A DNA stretch of 64,000 nucleotides. It comes from Lysobacterales bacterium (GTDB lineage Bacteria > Pseudomonadota > Gammaproteobacteria > Xanthomonadales > SZUA-5). The stretch is taken from the NCBI GenBank assembly GCA_022844165.1, contig JALHMH010000011.1, positions 32,001 through 96,000 on the forward strand. The letters run 5' to 3'. A model generated the notes under the pieces. The model was not told the DNA's origin, searched no databases, and was given only the letters and a program-made list of their open reading frames with translations. Position 1 is the first letter of the stretch. Each line of letters begins with the position of its first letter. The translations under genes were made by a program, and so were the position numbers. This document shows positions 26,426-36,162 of the stretch, one piece after another.

Positions 26426-29014
26426 ATGACGACGGACGCCACTGAACATATCGATATGTCGATTGCCCCAGGGGCGACGAGATTGCCGCCGACGACGATA
26501 GGCTCGTGGACATTGCTGCGGGAGATCGGTCGCGGCGGAATGGGCTCGGTGTATCTTGCTGAGCGGCACGGCGCGGATTTCGAACAACGCGCAGCGCTGA
26601 AGTTGATCCGTCTGGGCTTGGACAGCAAAGAAATCGTGCAGCGTTTCGCCGCTGAACGACGCATCCTGGCAAGATTGGAACATCCGAACATTGCGCGCTT
26701 GATCGATGGCGGCGTCGAGGCAGAACGTCCGTTCCTGGCAATGGAGTGGATCGATGGTTTGCCGCTGCTCGACTATGCAGCGCGCGAGGCGCTTGACGTC
26801 CGCCGGCGCGTCGCTTTGTTTCTGCGATTGTGCGAGGCGGTGGCGTATGCGCACCGCATGCTCGTTGTGCATCGCGATATCAAGCCTGGCAATGTGCTGA
26901 TCGATCGCCGTGGCGAGCCGAAGCTGCTCGATTTCGGCATCGCCAAGCTCATGCTTCAGGATAGCGACGACGACACCTCGGCCACCGGTGCGCGCTTCTT
27001 CACCCGCGCCTACGCAGCTCCCGAACAAGTTCGCGGTGAGCCGGTGACCACGGCGACCGACATTTATTCGCTGGGCGCCGTACTGTTCGAGTTGTTGTCC
27101 GGGCAGTCGCTGCACACGTCGCGGACGACCCGCCAAGACACGCGCGCATTGTTGTCGCATGCGCGCAACGAGGCCGGCGCGGACGGGCCGGCGAATGTCT
27201 CGCCGCGCGCATTGTCTGGCGATTTGTCGCTGGTCGTTGCCAAGGCGGTTCGCTTGGAACCGCAGCGTCGTTATCCGACGGTAGAGGCATTCGCCGAAGA
27301 CCTGCGCGCGTGTCTGGAGGACCGCCCGGTGCGTGCAAGGCCTGACGGTCTTGCCTATCGAACGGCCCGGTACCTGCGTCGGCACTGGCTGGGCGTCAGC
27401 GCCAGTGTCGCCGTGCTCCTGGCGATACTGGTGGGTGCCCTGGTGGCGCTGCATCAGGCATCGATCGCGCGCCAGCAGGCACTGCGTGCCGAGGCCGTGA
27501 GCGATTTTCTGGCCGGCATTTTTGAAAGCGCAACCCCGGACCAGGCCGGTGGCGAAGAGATCAGCGCCAGAGACTTGCTTGAAGTTGGCGCAACGCGTAT
27601 CGGCACAAAGCTGCGCGCAGAACCCGCGGTGCGGGCAGAGGTATACGCCACTTTGGGAAGTGCCTACTTTTATCTCGGCGACGCGGCGCGTGCGATCGAG
27701 ATGTATGAGGCGGGTCGTGCCCTGGTGATGCCGGGAGATGGAGACGGCACACACATCCGTTTGTTGTGGGGTTTGGCGCAGGCCGAGCTGTCAGCCGGGC
27801 AGTTGAGTCTGGCGCGGACGCATATCGACCAGGCGCGCTCGCAGGCGAAAGGGAATCCCGCCTGGTTGCTCGATATCGACTTGGTCGATAAGTCGATCCT
27901 GGGTGCCGAAGGGCGCATCGAAGCGGCACGGAATTTGGCCACCAGCCTTTACGAGCGGTATCGAGCGACGAGCGTTGATGCTGAGGAAACGCTGTTGGCG
28001 CAGAACGATCTGGGCGTGTGGATTTTGGCCACGGGCGAGGTCGAAGAAGCTCGCAGAATCTTTGAGGACGTACTGCAAGCGCGGCGCCGCGTATCGGGAC
28101 CGTCGCATCCCGAAGTGGCGACAACCTTGTACAACCTGCACCTTGCGCAATTGCGCGCCGGCGATGCCCAATCCGCTGAGGCAACAGCCAATGAGGCGTT
28201 GGTCTTGCGGCGCCGTATTTTGCCGCTCGGGCATCGCGACATTGCGCGCAGCCTGGGGGCGCTGGCGGCACTCGCCAATCGGCGCGGCGCGCATGCGCAA
28301 GCGCGGCAACTGCGCGTCGAGTCAGTCGACAGTCTGCGCGCTGCCCGTCGGCCCGATCTGTTGCTGCTGGGACAAGAACTCATCAATCTGGCGATCGATG
28401 AAATTCAATTGGCGGAACTCGATTCGGCGCGCGCGCATCTGGATGAGGCTTTGTATCGCTTGCGCGGTCTGGGCCCGGGCGATGCTCGCGTGCTCGATGC
28501 CGAACGCTATCGCGCGCTCGTGGATATCTATCAGGAGAAGTTCGCCGCCGCAGAGTCGGCGCTAAGGACGATTGTCGCGCGCGAGGCGGCAGCGCCCGCC
28601 AGCCCGCAACGCCTGGCGACCTTGCGCTATCTGTCGCGTGCTTTGCGACTGCAAGGACGCGGTCGCGAGGCGTTGGAAGCGATCGCGCCGGCCGCGCAGT
28701 GGTTAGCTGCCGAAGGTGTTTTTTCGGCGAACGATCGCGCACGCACGGAAGCCGAACGAGCACAGGCATGGCTGGCGCAGGGCGAAACCGAGCAGGCCAG
28801 GTCGCGCCTGGATGCCGCGCGAGCAGCTTATGGCGAGTCGTCTCCGGGCGCTGCGGATGCGGCCCAGCTGATCCTGCTACAGGCCCGAATCGAACGCGCG
28901 GCAGGAAACATCAAAGAGGCCAGACAGCTCGCCGCCGATGCCATGCGTCATCTCATCGCCGCGCGCGGCGAGCGCCATCCGGATGTGGCTGAGGCGCGAC
29001 GGATGCTGGAGTGA
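26426..29014 (+). CDS. Hanks-type Ser/Thr protein kinase with TM helix and C-terminal TPR repeats
   Basis: IGRGGMGSVY, AALK, HPNIARL, HRDIKPGN, DFG, APE; TM segment GVSASVAVLLAILVGALVAL; repeats such as GPSHPEVATTLYNL. Confidence 0.93.
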   Translation: MTTDATEHIDMSIAPGATRLPPTTIGSWTLLREIGRGGMGSVYLAERHGADFEQRAALKLIRLGLDSKEIVQRFAAERRILARLEHPNIARLIDGGVEAERPFLAMEWIDGLPLLDYAAREALDVRRRVALFLRLCEAVAYAHRMLVVHRDIKPGNVLIDRRGEPKLLDFGIAKLMLQDSDDDTSATGARFFTRAYAAPEQVRGEPVTTATDIYSLGAVLFELLSGQSLHTSRTTRQDTRALLSHARNEAGADGPANVSPRALSGDLSLVVAKAVRLEPQRRYPTVEAFAEDLRACLEDRPVRARPDGLAYRTARYLRRHWLGVSASVAVLLAILVGALVALHQASIARQQALRAEAVSDFLAGIFESATPDQAGGEEISARDLLEVGATRIGTKLRAEPAVRAEVYATLGSAYFYLGDAARAIEMYEAGRALVMPGDGDGTHIRLLWGLAQAELSAGQLSLARTHIDQARSQAKGNPAWLLDIDLVDKSILGAEGRIEAARNLATSLYERYRATSVDAEETLLAQNDLGVWILATGEVEEARRIFEDVLQARRRVSGPSHPEVATTLYNLHLAQLRAGDAQSAEATANEALVLRRRILPLGHRDIARSLGALAALANRRGAHAQARQLRVESVDSLRAARRPDLLLLGQELINLAIDEIQLAELDSARAHLDEALYRLRGLGPGDARVLDAERYRALVDIYQEKFAAAESALRTIVAREAAAPASPQRLATLRYLSRALRLQGRGREALEAIAPAAQWLAAEGVFSANDRARTEAERAQAWLAQGETEQARSRLDAARAAYGESSPGAADAAQLILLQARIERAAGNIKEARQLAADAMRHLIAARGERHPDVAEARRMLE

Positions 29015-29064
29015 GGAAGTCTGATGTGGCGGAACGTTCGGATCATGAGCGGCCGTTAGCGGCT

Positions 29065-29274
29065 TCACCCTCCGCCCAGCGCATGAACCAGTTCGAGCTG
29101 GTCGCCATCCAGGAGGACGTGATGTGGATGCTGGCTCTTCGGGACAATTTCCCGGTTGCACTCGATTGCGACGCGACGTTCGGCCAGGCCTTGCAAGCGG
29201 AGCAGGTCCGCCACGGTGCTTTCGGCCGGAAGATCGAGATCGCGCCCGTTCAGTCGAATGCGTATTGGGTTCAT
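29065..29274 (-). CDS. thiS: Sulfur carrier protein ThiS
   Basis: IRLNG...RVAIECNREIVPKS...GDQLELVHALGGG with C-terminal GG. Confidence 0.93.
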   Translation of the reverse strand: MNPIRIRLNGRDLDLPAESTVADLLRLQGLAERRVAIECNREIVPKSQHPHHVLLDGDQLELVHALGGG

Positions 29275-30182
29275 CCTTCGGTCCGATTCCGCCCAGAGCG
29301 TTTGGCCATATAAAGAAAGTTGTCGGCGATGTGCAGCAAGTCGACGGCTTTGCCATCCGCACTGGGTTGAATGGATGCCACACCGCGGCTGATGGTGACG
29401 ACTGGCGCGGTGGTCGCGCCAGCGTTGGCGATCCCCAGATCGAAGACGGCTTTGCCAAGTTCATCGGCCTTGGCGCGTGCACCTTCAATGGTTGTTTCGG
29501 GCAACAGACAAACGAATTCCTCTCCTCCGTAGCGCGCCAGCAAGTCGGCCGGACGACCCAGGCGCCCGCGCATTTCGCTGGCTACAGTGCGCAAGCAATC
29601 GTCGCCGGCCTGGTGCCCATAACAATCGTTGTAGGCTTTGAAGTGATCGAGATCCAGCAGGATCAGCGAGAGCGGCAGCTGGTTGCGCCGGCAACGTAAC
29701 CACTCGACCTGCAATCGCTCGTCGAACCAGCGCCGGTTGGCGACACCCGTCAGCCCATCGTTGAAGGCCATCGACCGTAACAGGTCCGCCTGACGCTTCA
29801 ACGCAAGGTGCGTACGCACGCGTGCCAGCACAACCGGAGGGTTGACAGGTTTGGTGATGAAATCGACTGCGCCGACCTCAAGACCGCGCGTTTCGTCTTC
29901 CACACCGTCCTTCGCCGTCACGAAAATCACCGGGACATCGCGTGTGGTTGGCTCGCTGCGCAAGCGCGCGCAGACTTCGAATCCATCGAGGCCCGGCATC
30001 ATGACATCGAGCAACACAATATCCGGCGCCCGTCGCCGACATAGCGCCAGCGCCGACTCGCCGTCCGTCGCCATCGATACTTCGAATTCGGCCTTAAGGA
30101 TCTGGTGCAGCAACTGAATGTTCGCTGGTTGGTCGTCGACCACCAGAACTCGTGCGCGCTCCGATTTAGCGATGTCGGTCAT
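29271..30182 (-). CDS. Response regulator diguanylate cyclase (REC-GGDEF)
   Basis: VVDD, LLDVMMP, DFITKP; DGLTGVANRR, DLDHFKAYND, I-site RPAD, RYGGEEF. Confidence 0.95.
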   Translation of the reverse strand: MTDIAKSERARVLVVDDQPANIQLLHQILKAEFEVSMATDGESALALCRRRAPDIVLLDVMMPGLDGFEVCARLRSEPTTRDVPVIFVTAKDGVEDETRGLEVGAVDFITKPVNPPVVLARVRTHLALKRQADLLRSMAFNDGLTGVANRRWFDERLQVEWLRCRRNQLPLSLILLDLDHFKAYNDCYGHQAGDDCLRTVASEMRGRLGRPADLLARYGGEEFVCLLPETTIEGARAKADELGKAVFDLGIANAGATTAPVVTISRGVASIQPSADGKAVDLLHIADNFLYMAKRSGRNRTEG

Positions 30183-30373
30183 TGGGCCTGATGTGCGGGT
30201 TGCGCGTTCGCTGTTGCAAGGGGCGTTTGGAACATTCGCGGGTGATTACACGGACAAATAGTGAATGCTGCGCGTCGATTAGTAAAGAGCGGTGTGCATC
30301 GCCTGCCGCGGGTCGCGCTGCATCATGAAATGCGCAGGTGAGGTATCGATACGAAATGTGCGCGTTGCGACGC

Positions 30374-33300
30374 TCAGGCAATGCGCCGAAGTTCCCACTC
30401 AACGCCGCGACACGCTTCAAGCGCCATTCGAAAGTTCAGTCGCTTGAGCGCATCCTCAACGGTTCGCATGGCGCCGAGCAAAGGCGCCGGGACCTGGTCC
30501 ATGAGCTCACGGAAAACATCGAGCGCCGCCATGTCGCCGTCGACCAGCGCCAGGACGAGTCGGTCCAGAGTTCTTTCGAATTCGTCCCGATCGAACTCAG
30601 CGAGCGGCACGGTCGATTGAGGCAGATCCGCGGGTTGCAATTGGTCTGCGGCTGCCTTCAGAGCCTCCGTCGCATCGCGAAAATCGCTGCGCAATTCGCC
30701 GAGCAACCGTTGTATTTCGGTTGCCGGCTTGCGTTTGCTCAGCGCACGTTCCAAGCGCCGGGCTTTCTCTGCCAGGGCTTCAGCACCGAGCGTTGCGGCC
30801 ACACCCTTGAGGGTGTGCGTTTGGGCAATGGCTTCGGCCGTGCGTTCGGCCATGATGGCGTCGCTCAGTCGCGCCGGCGTTTCCATTTGTTCGCGGCCGA
30901 ACAAGCGCGCCATTTGGGCATAGAGCGTTCGATTGCCGCCCAGACGGCGCAGCGCTTTTTCGGCATCAAGCACTGGCGTTTCTTCCTGGTCGGCGTTCGT
31001 GGTCTCGACAACGGGCGGCGGGGCACCGCGGCCGGCGAGCGCGAGCAGTGTGGCCACCAGGACATTGACATCAATGGGCTTGGCGAGGTGCGCGTTCATT
31101 CCAGCCGATCGACTTGAGGCGCGGTCTTCAGCGCTCGAGTTCGCGGTCATCGCAACAACGGGGAGTTCCTGATCGGAAAATCGCTGCCGGATCCGGCGCG
31201 TCGCTTCGTGGCCATCCATTTCCGGCATTTGGATATCCATCAACACCGCATCGAAGCTGTGATTTTCAAGCAGCGTGAGGGCGTCTTTAGCGAGCGCAGC
31301 CGACGCCACTCGTGCACCCTCGTCGCTCAGAATTTCCGCGACCACGTGGCGGTTTATCGGATGGTCCTCGACCAACAAGATCCGCATGCCGGTCAATCTC
31401 GGTACGCCTGGCGCCGGAGCGCTGCCTGAATCCGGATGCGGAACGACTGCGCCCGGCATCGAAAGGGTCAGCGTGAAAACACTGCCCACATGCGGTTCAC
31501 TTTCGACCGCCAGTTCGCCGCCCATCAACTGCACCAATGCATAGGTGATCGGCAGGCCCAGGCCAGTGCCGCCATAGCGTCGCGTCGTCGAGCCCTCGCC
31601 CTGGTAAAAGGCCTCGAAGATGCGCGCCTGCTGCTCGCGACTGATGCCAATTCCGCTGTCTTCGACAGCAAAGACCAGTGCTTCGGGCGCAGTGCCCGGC
31701 GCGACACGAAGGCGGACCTGACCCTGTTCGGTGAACTTAATCGCGTTACCGATTAAGTTCAGGAGAATCTGGCGCAGCCGCGCTGAGTCGCCGCTCAGGC
31801 CATCGCGGGTCGATGGGTCGATATCGAACGTCAGCCTCAGGTGCTTGTCGGAAGCGATCTCCTGAAAGACGTGTTCTAACTCCGACAGCATCGTGCGCAA
31901 GCTAAACGGCGCATGTTCGATGGACAGGCGCCCGGTTTCCAGTTTGGCGTAGTCCAGCAAGTCGTCCAGAATTGCCAACAGTGTGCGCGCCGCGCCGTCG
32001 ATCTTATGCGTGTAGTCGCGCTGCGCTGCGGCTAACGAACTGCGCTCGAGCAGATGCGCCAGCCCGAGAATGGCCGTCATCGGTGTTCGAATTTCGTGAC
32101 TCATGTTGGCGAGGAATTCCGAGCGCGCCCGATTGACGCGTTCGGCCAGTTGGCGCGCTTCGATCAGCCGCTGCTCGGAACGATCGCGCTCGCTCAAGTC
32201 GACCAGCATCATCAGCGTACGGGTGCCAACGCGGGCCAGATGCAGGTCGAATACGGTTTCGCTACTCCTGCGGACTTCGATCGGGTCGACCAGTTCGCTA
32301 TCGGCCGTGTCCAGCAAGCTCCAACGCTGTTCGATCAATACCCGTGTCGCGCCGCCGGTTCCCAGTGCATCCAGGAGATCGGAAATGTCCTTTGCGCGCG
32401 CGGCATCTGCTCCGACATCGATCAACATTCGGGCATTGACCAGCGACAGTTCGCGCCCTTCAAAAACCGCGAGTGGCAGGGGTAGGCGATCGATGAGTGT
32501 GCGTAAAAGCGCCTCGTTTGTCGCCAACTCTTCGCTCGCGCGTCGAGTTTGAGTCATGTCGCGGACGATCCAGTATAAAGCTGGGCGCGCCGCGAACTCG
32601 ATGGTCTGCGCAATCACTTGAACGTCGATGGCTTCGATGCCGCGCCGGTAGCGCGTCGCAAACTCCACCTGACCTGATGCGAGCACGCGCACCAGTTGCC
32701 GGATCGTCTCGGCTGGTGAGTACTCCAGATCGCGGATGCGCATGGCCGCCAGCGCGCTGGCGTTCAGATCCAGCATCTGCAATGCGGCACGATTGAACGC
32801 CAGCGGCTTTTCAGTATCGAGATCGACGATGATGACGCCGTCAGGCGAAAGGTCGAAGAGCGTTCGATAAAGTCGTTCCGTTGGCGCATGGTGCGAACTT
32901 GCTGGCGCGTGCAGCGGATCGCTGAATGACAGTAAGGCGCCCGACAACTCGCCGCCATCGCGCGCGGCGGTGACCACGACGCGCAACAAATCCTCGCCCA
33001 GGCGCACGCAAGCGAGGCCTTCGCGTCGGCTGTCGACGCCCGATAGCACACGGTCGACCGAATCGTTCGCCGTCGCGTCCTCCCATTGGATCAGCTGGCG
33101 AACGTCGACGCCAAGCAGTGCTCCGGGCGCCAGCCCGATCTGCGTACTGAAGGCCGGATTGGCGAATCGAATTCGGCCGTCCAGATCCACGCCCACGAGG
33201 CCTTCTTCATTGCCCTGCAGCATGCGCTGATGAACGCTGCGCAGGCGCTTGAGTTCGGCGCGGCGCAGCGACGAAACGACGCCGACGACAATCGTCATCA

Positions 33301-34105
33301 GTGCCACAGCGAGCCACATGGCAGCGCCGAAGCTCAAGGATCGTGCGATTGCCGCACGCGTCGATGCGCCGCTGGCCCGAAGTGTGAGTACCAGCGGACG
33401 GCTCAGCGTCGGTGTGCTCGGTTCGATGGTGCGTCGCAGGCTCGATGGCGCGCGCACCTGGGCGCCAGCGATAACGACCAGCGGCGTGTCGTCCACCGCC
33501 AGCTCGATGCCAATATCGTGTGGTCCAGGTCGCGACAGGTAGTTTTCGTCGACATGCAACACCAGCACGCCGTTGTCGATGCCCATTCCTCGGCGCGCGC
33601 GTGAAATGGCGATGCCCGAGCTGCCAAGTTCTCCCGGTACTGCGTGCAGCGACAGCTTAGCTTCGGTATCGGCGTCCGCAAGTGCTGCCCAGACCAGCGG
33701 ATGATTGCCGAGTTGGGCCAACATCTGCTCGCCTCGGCTGCTGGCCAAAACCCGCCCGTTGCCGTCGAGCACCAGGACCGATCGAATGCCCGGACTCAAC
33801 CCGGCAATCGTCGTCGTGATCACCAGCGCATCGTTCGGATTGGCGATCAGCGCGCGCTCCAGGCGGTCGAGCAAGCTGTTGATGTGGCTCAACTGCGCTT
33901 CGATGGATGCCGCGTGTGCGTCGGCCATGAGCGCCAGCCGTTCGGACTCGCGTTGTGAGATATCGGCCGACTGACGAACGAAGTCGATGGCGAAACCGGC
34001 GCCGATCAGCGACAAGCCCGCCACAATTAATGGCCACCCGGACCAATGGCCGGTGCGCAGCCAGTGATTCAGTCGTTGCCATCGGGATCGAGGCTTCGTT
34101 TCCAT
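30374..34105 (-). CDS. Hybrid sensor histidine kinase (2 TM, PAS domains, HisKA, HATPase, REC, Hpt)
   Basis: FLANMSHEIRTPM, NLIGNAIKFT, DSGIGI, GGTGLGL, VLMDIQMPEMDG, HTLKGVAATLGA. Confidence 0.94.
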   Translation of the reverse strand: METKPRSRWQRLNHWLRTGHWSGWPLIVAGLSLIGAGFAIDFVRQSADISQRESERLALMADAHAASIEAQLSHINSLLDRLERALIANPNDALVITTTIAGLSPGIRSVLVLDGNGRVLASSRGEQMLAQLGNHPLVWAALADADTEAKLSLHAVPGELGSSGIAISRARRGMGIDNGVLVLHVDENYLSRPGPHDIGIELAVDDTPLVVIAGAQVRAPSSLRRTIEPSTPTLSRPLVLTLRASGASTRAAIARSLSFGAAMWLAVALMTIVVGVVSSLRRAELKRLRSVHQRMLQGNEEGLVGVDLDGRIRFANPAFSTQIGLAPGALLGVDVRQLIQWEDATANDSVDRVLSGVDSRREGLACVRLGEDLLRVVVTAARDGGELSGALLSFSDPLHAPASSHHAPTERLYRTLFDLSPDGVIIVDLDTEKPLAFNRAALQMLDLNASALAAMRIRDLEYSPAETIRQLVRVLASGQVEFATRYRRGIEAIDVQVIAQTIEFAARPALYWIVRDMTQTRRASEELATNEALLRTLIDRLPLPLAVFEGRELSLVNARMLIDVGADAARAKDISDLLDALGTGGATRVLIEQRWSLLDTADSELVDPIEVRRSSETVFDLHLARVGTRTLMMLVDLSERDRSEQRLIEARQLAERVNRARSEFLANMSHEIRTPMTAILGLAHLLERSSLAAAQRDYTHKIDGAARTLLAILDDLLDYAKLETGRLSIEHAPFSLRTMLSELEHVFQEIASDKHLRLTFDIDPSTRDGLSGDSARLRQILLNLIGNAIKFTEQGQVRLRVAPGTAPEALVFAVEDSGIGISREQQARIFEAFYQGEGSTTRRYGGTGLGLPITYALVQLMGGELAVESEPHVGSVFTLTLSMPGAVVPHPDSGSAPAPGVPRLTGMRILLVEDHPINRHVVAEILSDEGARVASAALAKDALTLLENHSFDAVLMDIQMPEMDGHEATRRIRQRFSDQELPVVAMTANSSAEDRASSRSAGMNAHLAKPIDVNVLVATLLALAGRGAPPPVVETTNADQEETPVLDAEKALRRLGGNRTLYAQMARLFGREQMETPARLSDAIMAERTAEAIAQTHTLKGVAATLGAEALAEKARRLERALSKRKPATEIQRLLGELRSDFRDATEALKAAADQLQPADLPQSTVPLAEFDRDEFERTLDRLVLALVDGDMAALDVFRELMDQVPAPLLGAMRTVEDALKRLNFRMALEACRGVEWELRRIA

Positions 34106-34300
34106 GGGTGGAGTCTAACGGCCTCGTCGATTGAACGTCCGCGCTTGAATGCCGCGCATGCGATCACGGAGTTCAGACTTCGGCACGTGCGCCACGCGCT
34201 GGCGCTGATTGCGGCTGGCGCTGTTTTTCGCTGTTTCATCCGACATCATCGCCTTCTCCGGGATAAGATGTCGCGACCTGGAAGGCCTGGAGGTGGCGCG

Positions 34301-34996
34301 ATGCGACGACCGTATTTGGTTCTGTGGGGTTTCGGGTTGTTCCTTGTGGGTTTTGCGGTCCTGGCCAACGAACCTCAGGTGAAGGCGCTCTCGCAGGCGG
34401 ATGCCGCTGGCGGCATTCGGGAATCGCTCGCGCAAGGCGCCAGTGCGGCTATCGCTCAGTTAGGCCGTCAGGACGGATTCCTGAAGGATCAGGCGGTCAA
34501 GATTTTGCTGCCGAAGAATTTGCAAAAGGTGGCTGATGTGGCGCGAAAGGTCGGTGGCGGCAAGTATGTCGATGAACTCGAGATATCGATGAACCGTGCA
34601 GCGGAGAAGGCGGTGCCTGCGGCAGCCGATGTGTTCGCCAATGCAGTGCGGCAAATGACTGTTCAAGACGCGCTGAGCATCGTGCGCGGCGCCGACGATG
34701 CAGGGACTCAGTACTTTCGACGGGTGACCGAGCAGCAACTGCTCGAAAAATTCCAGCCCATTGTGGCCCAGGCCACATCGGAGACGGGCGTCGCTAAACA
34801 CGCCAGGCGTCTTACGGAAAAGGCTGGCGGTTTGGGCGGACTGCTGGGCGGCGGCAAGAACACCGACCTCGATGGCTATGTGACTCAAAAGGCCATGGAT
34901 GGCCTCTTCTACTACATCGCCCAAAAGGAAAAGGACATTCGCAAGAACCCCCTCAGGCAAGGGTCGGAGTTGTTGGGCCGGGTGTTTGGTCGATAG
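34301..34996 (+). CDS. DUF4197 family protein
   Basis: GIRESLAQGA...DGFLKDQAVKILLP...MNRAAEKAVP...YVTQKAMDGLFYYIAQKEKDIRKNP; GGAGG RBS and signal-like N-terminus. Confidence 0.88.
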   Translation: MRRPYLVLWGFGLFLVGFAVLANEPQVKALSQADAAGGIRESLAQGASAAIAQLGRQDGFLKDQAVKILLPKNLQKVADVARKVGGGKYVDELEISMNRAAEKAVPAAADVFANAVRQMTVQDALSIVRGADDAGTQYFRRVTEQQLLEKFQPIVAQATSETGVAKHARRLTEKAGGLGGLLGGGKNTDLDGYVTQKAMDGLFYYIAQKEKDIRKNPLRQGSELLGRVFGR

Positions 34997-35052
34997 GCTA
35001 TGGCGAGCGCTGCCAGAGCAATTGCCGTGACGATCGTTCGCGGCAAAGCGGG

Positions 35053-36162
35053 CTAAACCCGCCGATGCGCGTGGATCGAAAGCAGGATGCCGAAAGCGGC
35101 GAGCAGCGACACTGCGGAGGTGCCGCCGTAGGAAATCAGTGGTAGCGGTACGCCCTTGACGGGCATCAATCCGGTGATCATCGCGCTGTTCACCAGTATG
35201 TAGATGAAAAAGGTCATTGCGATGGCGCCGCCGAGCAGGCGGCTGAATGTGTCCCGCGCGTTTGCTGCAATCCAGAAACTGCGGGCGATGACGAACAGGT
35301 ACAGAAGCATCAGCAGCGCCACGCCAAACCAACCGAATTCTTCGCTGAGCACAGCCAGTATAAAATCGGTGTGGCGCTCTGGCAAAAACTCCAGTTGGGA
35401 TTGTGTGCCATCGGTCCAGCCTTTGCCGGTCAGGCCGCCCGAACCCACGGCGATTTGCGATTGCATGGTTTGCCAGCCGCTGCCGAGCGGATCCGCGTCC
35501 GGGTTCAAAAATTGCGTGACGCGGGCCTTTTGGTAGTCCAGCAGGAATGGCCAGGCCGCTGCCGCGCTGCCGATACCGAGCACGGCGATGGTGGCGATCC
35601 ACCACCACGATATGCCAGCCAAAAAAATGACGAACAAGCCGCTGCCGGCGACCAGCACGGCGGTTCCCAGGTCCGGTTGGCGATAGATCAGGCCAACCGG
35701 TACCGCGACCAATATCAAGGCGACCAATACACTCTGCGGCGACGGTGGCAGTACTCGATCATGAAAGTACCAGGCGAGCATCATCGGCAAGCCAAGTTTC
35801 AAGAGCTCGGACGGTTGAAAGCGTAGCACGCCCAGATCCAGCCAACGTTGTGCACCCTTGCCCTCGCCGAGGACCAGGACGGCCGCCAGCAAGACGATGC
35901 AGAGCGCAAAAAACCAGGGCGTCCAACGACGCCAGGTGCCGGGCGCAATGCGCATCGCGACGAACATCATTCCGAATCCGACACCAAAGCGCAGTGCCTG
36001 TTTTACGACCATATCGGCGCTCTGGCCGCCGGCACTCCACACGACGATCAGACTCACGACGGCGAGCAGCGCCAGCGCGCCAACGAGTGGCATATCGAGA
36101 CGGACTGGCAGCAGCCAGGCAAGACGGTGTCCAAGTTCGCTCCAGTTCGCCGGAAACGTCAC
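35053..36162 (-). CDS. rodA: Rod shape-determining protein RodA
   Basis: GAQRW, FQPSELLK, QPDLGT, QSQIAVGSGG, FLPERHTDFI, GVPLPLISYGG. Confidence 0.97.
   Translation of the reverse strand: MTFPANWSELGHRLAWLLPVRLDMPLVGALALLAVVSLIVVWSAGGQSADMVVKQALRFGVGFGMMFVAMRIAPGTWRRWTPWFFALCIVLLAAVLVLGEGKGAQRWLDLGVLRFQPSELLKLGLPMMLAWYFHDRVLPPSPQSVLVALILVAVPVGLIYRQPDLGTAVLVAGSGLFVIFLAGISWWWIATIAVLGIGSAAAAWPFLLDYQKARVTQFLNPDADPLGSGWQTMQSQIAVGSGGLTGKGWTDGTQSQLEFLPERHTDFILAVLSEEFGWFGVALLMLLYLFVIARSFWIAANARDTFSRLLGGAIAMTFFIYILVNSAMITGLMPVKGVPLPLISYGGTSAVSLLAAFGILLSIHAHRRV

Noticed and set aside
26024-27754. 576-aa minus-strand ORF
   Set aside because: Antisense to the well-supported kinase and has no recognisable motifs.
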